Notes under the pieces: generated by a model
What the model was told of the DNA's origin: nothing
Databases searched by the model: none
What the model saw: only the letters and a program-made list of their open reading frames with translations
Part shown: positions 50,211-60,906 of the stretch, piece by piece
Layout of the letters: every line of letters starts with the position of its first letter
Numbering within the stretch: the stretch's first letter is position 1
Translations under genes and position numbers: made by a program
From: Marsupella aquatica
Lineage: Eukaryota; Plantae; Marchantiophyta
Assembly (NCBI GenBank): GCA_973895155.1
Contig: OZ316892.1
Location: forward strand, 30,138,932-30,202,931
Direction of reading: 5' to 3'
DNA length: 64,000 nt

Positions 50211-50420
50211 ATAGAAGTTCCACCAATGCATATGAGTAGTTCCACCAACTACAATAATATTCACCAACGCATAGTGGTTCTACCAATGCACAGTAGGTCC
50301 ACCAGCACATAGTAATTCACCAACGCATAGTGGTTCTATCAACGCACAGTAGGTCCACCAACGCATAGTAGTTCCACCAATGCATGGTAGTTCCACCTAC
50401 TAAAAGTAGTTTCGCCAACT
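50211..50420. repeat. Degenerate ~20-bp tandem array (tagttccaccaacgca)
   Basis: Repeated gtagttccaccaatgca / gtaggtccaccaacgcata units inside the solo LTR. Confidence 0.8.
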
Positions 50421-53400
50421 ATGAATAGTACTAGCACACTCTTAGGTATTAGATGTTTGACACTTGGCCTTCATCCAAGTGCTTGGGCTTGATCCATGCC
50501 CTCTTGGTGTGCACTATAAATAAAGTGGTGAGGGGCACTCTCCCCTCATTCCGCAGTGTTTATCATTCAAGGTTGTGAAGCTCTTTTGTGCCTTGAACAT
50601 AGTAGTGGGGCGTCCTTTGGCCCGGATAGCAAAGGAATGAGTGGTAGACTTATAGATGGGACCTTAGGGAATAAGGTTTCTTTGGGAATATAGGGGTGGG
50701 GCGTCCTTTGGCCCGGATAGCAAAGGAATAGGAGAGCCATCATGAATCCAGGAGAGAGAGTTATCCCTGATCTTCCCCTTCGTAATCCGTTTCTGATTAG
50801 AGTCCATCTTTTAGACAAACCATCTATGAGGCAACATCTAACCTATCATTTTGGAGCTCAGTTTGCAACTGTTGTTATGGTTTCTAACGAGCCAATAATA
50901 TACCCAGTGGTGTCGTACCGAGAGGAGTGGGAGTGCATCATCTTTGTCCTTTATTGAAGTCATGGATCTGAATAGGAGTCCTGATGATATTCCTGTTTCA
51001 TTTTCTCTTGGAGATATTAGGATCATATGTCGTAAGAAAACTAATTTTTGTGATGTGTTGGTCCGTAAGTATGGTGAAGTAGGGTTTAACAGTATTTTAG
51101 TTTCACCTGAACCTTTCTTAATACCCACTACCCTTGTTACTAGAATTCTCATTTTGATTTTAGTGTAGAACTTATGAGCATGCAAGGTTAACTTCAAAAG
51201 AGCCAACATGCTCTTGCCAGAAAACATGGTCACCCGAACACCGTCGGTCCCATTGTTAGATTAGGGTTTTAGGAGCATGTGTGTGCTGCATGCTTTAGAA
51301 TTAGGGATTTTCTTGTGTGAAAGTTTATGCAGGGTTTTAGCGGCGCCGCTAGGGTGGCCGCCACCATGGTGATCCCGTGAAGGGTGCTTTGGTGTGTTTT
51401 TTCAGTATTTAGGGGGAGAGCCCCGGAGTAGTGAGGAGGGGGGAACTCAATCTAGTGTTTGCTTAGGGAAGTTAGCTCATAGCCAGAAGAGGGAATCAAG
51501 CCAAAGTAGTGAGGTAGAGGTGTAGCACTTGTCCTAGTGCGACAGTAGTTGGGCAGACGGCAGGAGGCCGGGTTGTCCTTGCAATGTGTTAGGACGTTTT
51601 GCCAAAAGATATGGATTTGGTTTGATTCCGCAAGTTTTGGTGTGGCGTTATCTTTTCTGGTTCAAGATTGTGTTCTTTCTCAAGAAGTGTCTAAGGAATA
51701 CTTGCATGGTTTGGTCACCCCTGTGAGTAAGAGGGGTGGTGACAGCACTCCACCAACGACGAGTAGGAGTGTGTGTGTGGCGTAGTCCATGGGACTTGAT
51801 CAAAAGCAGAGCGGCTAGTCGGTAGACTTGATCAAAAATTACATTTCCGGGAGCAGAAATAAACATACTCATCCTACATGCAATAGAATCCTAATAGCGT
51901 CCCTCCACGTTCCCGTCATACAATAACAAACGATTTTAGTAGGAGTAAATACGTATTTGTCGTGTAAATCGTTTGATAAGCAGGTGACACAATTGCCCAA
52001 GGGACCAATCACATACGAGGCCAGATGAAGCAGCTCTTTGAGATGTATATATTTTGAGACCGGAAAGCATAAGGATAGAGGCAAACATGCGCAAGGATAT
52101 CATCGATCTTGAGTATGTTCGACGGCATGGGGGTGATGGGTGGCAATGTCTCTTGTGTTGGGAGGACTCGCATAGCCCTGCAAATCATGGGATAAGGGAG
52201 TGTGGCGTAATGAGAGGGTTATGCCTACGATGTTTGTCCAATCACCATTGGGTTTCCAACTGTAATGTGAAGAGTCAAGAACGTTATAGTAATGCTTGCT
52301 TCAAGTGCTTCTTTCCATTGATCAAATCGGCTAAACCCAAGTGCATAAGTGGGAATCCGAGAGCAGCACCTGCAACAATCTGTCCAGAGAGAGGATACAA
52401 ATTCTAATCTTGCATACATATAGGAATGACGACTCGCGCAGGCGACTAAGGCAACTATTTCCCTTGACATGCCATTGGATGACTGTAAATTTGAGCCTTG
52501 ACTACTTTCAAAGGACATAGAGAGAATGCTGAACAATTTTGTGCGTGTGGCGGCCGACGTGATGAGGATGAAATGTGGAATGGCTTGATATAGGTTTATG
52601 TAAGAAATTTGTCTTTTTTTTTTGCTTTTTGAACAAGGAATAGTAAGAAAGATGTTTGTGTTAGCAAAGTATTTAGGGTTTGCAACCCTAAGTAACTAGG
52701 GAAAGCTGGTAGGAAATAATGTAAGGGAGAAGATAGGATGTTTCAAGAAAGTGTCAAGGGATAACTAAGGTCTTTATGATAGGGCAGCAAATGTTCCATC
52801 CTTAGTTAGAATAGACGACTAAATTGGGCCAGAAAATGACCCGATACTTGAAATCTTAGTTTTGGTTAAAAAAAAATCCTATAGGTGGTAGGAGGTCCTT
52901 AGAGCACTCCTGTGAAGTATGACATCAAGTGGGGTCTCAACCTAGGGTTTCCTTGTGTTCAGTGAAACTCAAATTAACAAACTAGCGGGTCTTAGGAAAA
53001 ATAGCTGATAGGAAAAGGTAGGGGTTCCAAGTTGGAAAGTAGGTTAAATATGGTCCGCTCTATCCCTGGAAACTTTGGAAGAACTTGGTTACCTTTGGTT
53101 ACTTTTTGGGAGCATCTCAAAGTTGAGAAGAATTTTGGAAAACATAAGAATTAACCTTCTTTACCTAATTTTAGAAATTTTTTTATAAGGTTTTGTGTAG
53201 ATATTAGTAAATCATGACATATTCATATGTCTAGAGAATAGGTATATCTACTAAGAAGTCATTTTGGGCTCATGTGTGATTTTTTGGGGAGGTCCAAAAT
53301 AGCCTGGAAATACTGCTTTTCCAACAAAAAAATCTGAAATTTTTTCTAAGTGTCCATCGCGTCAGCGGCGACCACGACTTAAGCACGAGGCCGGGGAGAC

Positions 53401-54229
53401 TCAAGCACGAGGTCAGGAACACCATAAGGGTCAATAGATGAGATGCTTGCTTTGAATTGAGATCAAGAGGCAGCTACGAAATTGAATTGATCGAGCTGCT
53501 ATAGCTTCAGGCATGGGATGTTGATTAGAATTGGCTGGCTGGCTGCCTCGATGCTGCTGATTGGAATAGAGTTGCTTGCTATGGAGAAATAGGCTGTTGC
53601 TGATCAAGAGATGGTTGGTTGGCTGTGAGCTATGGTGGGCTACGAAATTGAAGGGCTGGCAGCTGATCAGATTGACTGCTGCACCAGAATTAGAAGGGCT
53701 AGCTTCAAGCACGAGATGTTGAGTGTTGGCTGATTAGTAAGTATGTGCAAGCTCAATAGTGTTGCTGCTCTGCTAGCTACGAAGTTGAGAAGGGTGATTT
53801 ATGGCTGGCTGCTGGAGAATAGAGCTAGGCTGCTAGCAAATTGATCGAATGTAGTAGCAAAAGGACCAGCTGCAAGGAAGAAATTAAGAGGGCTAGCTGC
53901 GAATTGGTGGGCTATGGCTGCTGCAAAATTCTGCTGTGATTTTGAATCACTTGCAAGGCTGGATGGCTATGGAGGTGGACTGAGAAGGCTGTTGCAAACC
54001 TGGTTGAGCTATCGATTGACTTGCTGCCATTCGAATCCAACAAAGAATGTTGTCGTTTCAAATTGAATTCAAGAGAGAGGAAAATGGCTGCAAAAATTGA
54101 TGTCCTTATCAAATTCTTCATAAGAAACGTGAGTATAATGAGAGTACTCTCCCCTGGTGACACCTGGAATCTCCATAAGGGGCGTGTAAACAGTAAGTGT
54201 AATTGGGTCGCCGCTTACACCCACTTCTC

Positions 54230-54670
54230 CTCCTAAGAAGGCGGACTTCTGCAGCTCCCACAGTCGAGCGAGCTCCTGCCGTTCTCGAGCTGCTCTCTCC
54301 GATTCTTTGTCCTCGTAAGTCCTAATGTACTCAGTTGCCCGTTTGAACAGGCATCCCCAAAAATGTGCCGCTTGATTGACGTTGCTCATACCCTCCTTGA
54401 CTCGATTGTTGATATCTACTCCCGCCCCGAGTCCTTGCCTAAGCAGCTGACAGTAGTTGGCCTTCCGTAGTCGTCTGCCCAGTTCGTGCTTGCAAATGAG
54501 CCACCATTCCTCGCGAGCGGTCCTTACCCCTCTCCTCCTCTGGTCTTTCCTCCCGTTGGTTACCCCTAGCCGCCGATGCTTAGCGCGCTCTAACCCTAAT
54601 CGTGTTCTCTCCCCCGACGTCCTTACCTCCGGCCACGGCCCGGGTTCCATAGTCACCCTTAATTGTTTAT
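54230..54670 (-). mobile_element. Gypsy-associated small ORF fragment
   Basis: Homologous to 56760-57220 (WWLICKH..NVNQA.HFWGCLF.RATEYI). Confidence 0.55.
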
Positions 54671-55854
54671 ATTTTCCTTGTTTTTGTTACTATACTAATG
54701 TGTTTATAGGGTACACCTCCGTTTCCCCACTTAACTGACCTAGTGATTCCTGGCTAGGCATCACAGGCCTTGAGCTAGTCCGCAAAATTTTGATCTCTGA
54801 TTACTCCATGAATCCTCGACGAAAAATGAATCTGTCTGGACCAGAATTCAATTGGCCACCATAGCTATCTCTCAACAAGAAACCAACTACAACTGAGGTC
54901 TGTACTTTGAGCTAAAAATTGGACAACATTTTGGCCTATACATTTCCGAAATTGCACATCGCTTTTGCTCACAATCTATGAGCCACAACTAGGACAGCGC
55001 TTCCGCGCCACTGATCACACAACACAGATCTGCAACTCTGTCATCCAGATCTACTACCAACGCACTGAAATCCGGCAGCGCTTCCGCATAGATTCATCAA
55101 TACAAAAATCTGTAGTGGTTCCTCTTTGAAACAACAATACGCTCCACACACCAGAGCTAAATAGTTCTACATGATTGAATTGATGTTGCAAATCAGACAA
55201 GGATCAACATCAAAAACCTCTCACCCGATCTGGATGACTTCCAACAGAGCTTCCGCACTCAAGCTTTCCAAATCTGAAAAATCCTAAACACGAACCAGAT
55301 TCTTCATTCTTCGATTACTTCCAACTCGCTCGACCAAACCAGGCGATCTTTAGTGCGTTGGAAAGCTCTTAGCAACACGCTTCTTCCCCACCCATACACG
55401 CACCAGATCCACAAACCACAATGTATCCACGGCTGATGCTACCAAACAGCCTACCAGATCCTACTGATCTCTGATCGAAGTTACAATCGATCACTACGAG
55501 TTCTTTGAGTGAAATCCGTGAAAGACATACTGTCATAAAACACGTAAGAACACACACAGTCAAGCCAAACCCACTCCGCAATGGAGAATCTAGGTTGAAG
55601 CTAATGGGACACCATAGCCAAGGATCCACTCACTACCAAGGCTCTCCCAACGCCAAAGGCTCAACTCAAAGAACTAACTGTCCTTTGAGCCTCTCCACAC
55701 TCTACCCTCCAACCCTAAGGGCGGGTCCTACTAGAGGAGTCACCCTCAACAGGGCACCCCCTCTAACCCTCTACCATGGAACCAGACTCCTAACTAGGCA
55801 CTACGGCCCATCTAAGGTATGGACTCCGCTAGCACACTTACATAGTCTAGCACA

Positions 55855-57220
55855 CTACGTATGGTCATGTATCTTCTTTAGTTGGGTGAGAAGGTACCCG
55901 TTGTAGTCCCGGCTTGGGTCTAGCCTCTCTGCCAGGTAGACTTGTGCCTTGCCGATCTTTGGCCTTGCCAAATTGCAATGCATTGTCACTCGCAAGAAAT
56001 CAATCATTTCTCCAATGTGCGGGTTGGTGCAGGTGTTCCGGAAGAAGCCATTCTTCGTTGATGGCCCGAGGAACGATCTGAACTCCTTCTTTGACAAGTT
56101 CTTCCGGGTATTTACCTTGGTCTTATTGCCTATCGGCAAGCCAAATACCTCAGCAATCACCTTGGGTGTGAGGTAGAATACCCTCCCATATACCTTGGTC
56201 GCGTCGGATTTGTGATCCCAGGATCCCACAAATTCCAACAGGTCTGAATCCGACACCTCCGGCTTCAACCAAGGTAATCTAACGAAGGCCTCCAAGCCGG
56301 ATCCGGCCATGAAGCCTTGGTACTTTCAGGACTGCATGGGCGTAAAGCATGCATCCTCATCTTATGCAAAGTATAATTGCACTTCCTTTGGCAAGACCGT
56401 CAACCAGCCCTTCTATGTGTCGTCTCTCATTGGTATGGCATTGACTGGGTTGACTACTATTCTTCGGCCTCCTCTTGCCTCCTTCTCCCCTGTTCGGCTG
56501 GCTTTCTAGGTGTTGCCGACCTCATTCTTTTGGCTGGGGTGGCCTCCTCATTGTTGGGCACCTACCTTTTCATTTTGGCCGCTCTTGATGATTCTCCTAG
56601 CACTGTTGCCTTTGTCCACATCGCCGTGCTACCCTTCAAGTCCCAATGTTCATCATTGCAGCGGTTGATGGCCTCCCAGATGCTGACAATTCTATTCTTA
56701 CGGAATAGAAGGTCGTCGAGCTGGTCAGTAGTAGGCATCCATAAGAACTCAGCCTTGATGAGCTCTCCTCCAAGGAAGGCAGACTTCTGCAGTTCCCATA
56801 GCCGAGCGAGCTCTTGTTGTTCTCAGGCTGCTCTCTGTGGCTCCTTGTCCTTGTATGTCCCAATGTATTCAGTTGCCCGTTCGAACAGGCATCCCCAAAA
56901 ATGTGTAGCTTGGTTGACGTTGCTCATTCCCACCTTGTGTCAATACTCGGTATTTGCTTCCACCCACAATGCTTGCCTAAGCATCTGACAGTCATTGGCT
57001 TCCTCCCGCAATCCTTTGCTTGATCAGTGCTTGCAAATGAGCCACCACCCTCCGTGAACAGTCCTTACCCCCCCCCTCCTGCTTGTCGTTGCCTAACTGC
57101 CCGTTGATTACCCACAGCCGCCTATACTTAGCGTGTCCTAACCCTAATCGTGCCCCTTGGTTGCCATTGAGCCATTACTCCCGGCCTCGGCCCGGATTCC
57201 ATGGTTACCCTTAATTGTTT
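55855..57220 (-). mobile_element. Second copy of the PMD-like accessory ORF region
   Basis: MAGSGLEAFVRLPWLKPEV.. is a paralog of 22023-22403; 56375-56550 matches 28905-29080. Confidence 0.7.
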
Positions 57221-57224
57221 ATGT

Positions 57225-57771
57225 TTCCGCTCTTTTCCTCAAAGGGCTGCTCACCTTAAACAGGAGGCTTATGCTACGCGTTACCAAAGGGACCTTTTCT
57301 ACCCGTTTGATGTGGAGGTCTTTGGAGCGTTGCACCCCGCTTTTTGAATCGGCCATTTCTTGCGTTCTTGTGCGATTCATTATGTTGAGCGACAGCCTTA
57401 TTCTCCCATGTCTATTATCACGGCCTTTTATAGACAACGGGTGTCTATTGCGCTTCAGCAAGCACAAGCCTTCACTATTTTTGTCAAGGAGAGGTGGTTG
57501 GATTCCAGGCATCTAGTTGGATTCCCTTGTTTGACCCTCCTATGAAGTTCATGCCTGAGCTTTACTAGACTCTTCAATTTGCAGACAGGTAGAGTTTTTG
57601 GTTGGTGTGTCTTTTGTTTTCCAGGTAGGTAGAGTTTTCGGTTGGTGTGTCTTTCGTTTTCCTTGTGCTAGGCTAGTGCCTGGTCTTTTTGGCATTTTGG
57701 TACTTTTCTTGTTAGACTCCCTTAATTGGGTCTCCCAGTTTAGTGCCTCTTGCTTTTTGGCAGTTTGATAT
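57225..57771 (+). mobile_element. 3' fragment of a CRE-like element
   Basis: RAAHLKQEAYATRYQRDLFYPFDVEVFGALHP..FYRQRVSIALQQAQAF matches 16550-16800; homology ends at ttttggcagtttga as at ~17050. Confidence 0.8.
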
Positions 57772-59911
57772 ACTAGCTCGGGCCATTACCCGTTCTTTGA
57801 ACATCAATAGAGATGAGTACCAAAAAGTGCTTGAGACAAAATAGATGTGATAAAGTAATAAGAATAGTGGATCAAAAGACAAAGGGAAGCCCCAGTTGAG
57901 ATTTTCTTTCATCAAAAGGCAAAACTTGATGGCAAAATGGTTCAAGCGCCAGGAAAACCCTGAATTTTATTCAAATGGTGTAAATTCTAACATAAGGTAT
58001 CTTATATGGCTTGTCAACATGACATACAACAAATGCAGGAACGGAGTAGTGCTTCATGCCCAATTCATGATACGAGAAGTAAGCGGGCAGCGACAATGCA
58101 GAGCCGGGGACAACATTTTGTGAGTGCTGCAAGATGGGTTTGCTCTTCTATTCTTGGCTGTCAGTCGGTTATTCACCCCATCTCTTAGTGCATTTTCTTT
58201 TGTCTTCGTCTTTGGAATCCCTGCTGCAACACGGTCGTAAGCAGAAGAGGTGATCAGGTCCCGGGTTTATCTTTTCCTGAGGTTGTGTATGAGCCGGGAT
58301 CTGTATTCTGGGACACAGTAGTGTATGGGAGCTGCCGGGCATCTTTTTAGGGCATGAGATTTCGGTCATGGTACGTAGTGGAATAAGATGGAACTAGGAG
58401 CTTGGATTTACAGAGTTAGGCCTTTGAAAACATATTTAGCTTCTTCATCATTTCTTCACCTAGTGTCACTGTGCACAAAATAATCCACGGAGCAATCGCT
58501 GTCTTCTATAAGGAAGTGAGGATTGGTGAAATATGGGATACTTTAGGACGTGTTTGTGAACGTTCGCTGGTGTAGCGATCACCCGGGAAGATGTGTTTTA
58601 TAGCTAGAGTTTCCGATTCTCCACTAAGTTGCTGACCCTTTCCTCGGCATGCTTCATCTTGCAGAAGATTTGCTCTTCAACAAGTGAACAAGTGAGTATG
58701 GGGTTCCCTTCTAGCGTACTAATAAGGCGGTAATCGTAGTAGGCGTGACTATCGAATAATTTCAGGGCTCTGAAGAGTCACCCGGGGCAGAGAAGAATGA
58801 TTTTGAACATCGTGAGATAGTGTTTCAAGCAAGATCCTTCGGCTTTGCCATGGGTGACAGCGAGCACATGTGTATGTAGACGAATTCCCGATTCGTTCAA
58901 CAGTGCGATGGGAAGTGGCAGGTTACTCCAGTATCTATGTGCAGTACGAACCCTCCTGTCCGAATAGTTCACTGCTGAATTGGCCCTGGATAGATTGGAT
59001 TATTCAATTCCCCAGTTCCAAAGACTCCGTCCACTGCCAGTAGATTTTATCCATCGAGCACATTGTAGAGTCGCTAGCAGACATAGTTGTATTGTACTAA
59101 CTAGGAAGCATGTGAAGAAGTAGTGTTCACGACCTCATACTCTCGAATTACAGCATTTGAGGTGAACTGTAACTCTCCGTCCATTTGTACTATGTTTGAG
59201 ATCGTAGCAGTTGACCCCGAGCGTTTGTCCTTAACGCAATTAGCAGACAGATGCTCTTGTGTTGGTCTGATTGGGAGTTGAGATTGCAGAATGCAGCAGG
59301 TCGAAACTGGTGCGAAATTATGGATCGAAGGATACCAGGTTTGGAGTCGAGGCGATTCGAGGGCTCTTACACTCCAAAGTGTTGAGGAATTACCGGATGC
59401 TGAGAAGGATACCATGGGCCCAAAGTTATAGAAGACAGCTGCTTAATTTAAACATTGTCCGCCCCTCATAAAATTATGTCTAGGTGTGTCGTAGGTGCGC
59501 GACATCCTTGTACTAGTCACTCATTGCTGTGTGAATCTGTAACTCTTTTTAAAGGTCGAAATATGGTTACAGGGCAAAGTTTTGGTTATCGTAAAGTTGG
59601 TAGGGATGGTGTGATGGTGGCAGAGGCCCTTGCAAACTTGCCTACGGATCCTGGTCCTCCTATTTAAACCTCACTGAAATTCCCGTCGTTCTTTCTTCTG
59701 TTAAGTATAGATAAATGCGATGTTGGAGGACGGAAAGAATCTTTACAACGAACTAGAAATAGTGGAAAGCACGAAGCTTGACCGAGGTTATATAGCTCCT
59801 TATTTTATTTCAGTTGTTAAGTTCCCCAAAGTTGAAAGTTTGAAGGACTTGGAGCATGACAGCTTTTGATTTTGGCCTGCTACAGTGTGTTAGCAACACT
59901 GATTTGGACAG

Positions 59912-60590
59912 ATGCCTGCGTACATCGTAGCACAAAATGCTGGAGTGGAAGGAGCAGTTGTGGTGGGCAAGCTTCTGGAGCGGCAGAGCCTAGAGATTGG
60001 ATACGATGAGGCAAGATGTGTGTGACTTTTCTATGTCTTACTACAAATGATTTCTTCATGTTCTGTTATGATTAGGGAGATGCAGCAGTTGAAAATAACG
60101 AGCCGTTGCAGCACTGGCATTGTTGAATTAATCAAGCAATTACAGTCGATGAATTTAGTTTTGCCCCTTTCAAGCGGCGTGGTTGGTGTAAAATCTAGAA
60201 GGATTCGGCTTTCACTAAAATTGTTTGTAATTGAAATACAAATTCTGGTGTACCTTGAGTTGTGCAGCATCCAAAAATTTGGGAAAAGGCTCTAATACAA
60301 CCATGCGGAAGTCCTAGTAGAGAGGGAAAACCCTTTAGAAGAGAGCTTAACTCTGTCCTAGTTAGGTGGATTTGCTTTAGTGAGAATGTAATTTTTGGGG
60401 AGTTATCCCTACCTTGGTTTGATGTGGATGAGTCAACTCTTCTTGATGCCTAACGTTGGATTTGTTCTCGTATTTGGTTTTTACACTCTCAGGTGTAGAT
60501 GTGGATATGGCCAACGCTGGCATCATTGATCCAGTGATCACCGAATTGCCAAACAATGATTCCCCTGCATTTCCATACGGCCAGGACTGC
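59912..60590 (+). pseudogene. CPN60: Two C-terminal exons of a mitochondrial-type chaperonin-60 gene upstream of gene 4
   Basis: acag|MPAYIVAQNAGVEGAVVVGKLLERQSLEIGYDEAR|gt intron (60018-60492) cag|(G)VDVDMANAGIIDP-VITELP; matches HSP60 NAGVEGAVVVGKLLE..GYDAAKGEYVDMVKAGIIDP with an internal deletion. Confidence 0.85.
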
Positions 60591-60906
60591 AAAGTGTACT
60601 GGAGTGTGAACGGGCATATAGATTATTTAGCTACCTGGATATGCCTCTCACAATTATTTCCGTATATTCTGAGACCATTGCATTCTTGACAGATCGCCGT
60701 TACTCTCAATTGAAACCGAGTTATGTCGCTTTTGCACGTTTTCCGTACGAAATATAGCAGCAGATCACGGGAGACAAGAAAATATATCTTTGGACGGAGG
60801 TAGGGTCCTAGCCCAAGAACCAGGGACTTACCGGTCTGCTTTCCTGTTGTTAGCGTTTGATTGTAGAATATGGTCTTGACTGCAGAAACAAATCAAAAAC
60901 AATTCA

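Larger units (their letters stand above)
48035..51989. mobile_element. Solo LTR (~3.95 kb) with 5-bp TSD CAATT
   Basis: caatt|TGTGAC...GTGACA|caatt; removing it restores the helicase reading frame; no coding capacity seen. Confidence 0.9.
46507..52588 (+). pseudogene. RecQ-family helicase pseudogene of telomere-linked-helicase type with Cys/His-rich C-terminus, split by a solo LTR
   Basis: Walker A PTGSGKS (46938-46958), VVVPL, DEVH (47214-47225), VMVATS, QESGRCGWDG (47741-47770), RecQ zinc module C..C..CDVC; the frame resumes after 51994 into CLLC..H..C..CLRC..H..C..CFKC. Confidence 0.85.

Noticed and set aside
59912-60590. Functional CPN60 gene
   Set aside because: Only C-terminal exons are present, with an internal deletion; no upstream exons were recognised.
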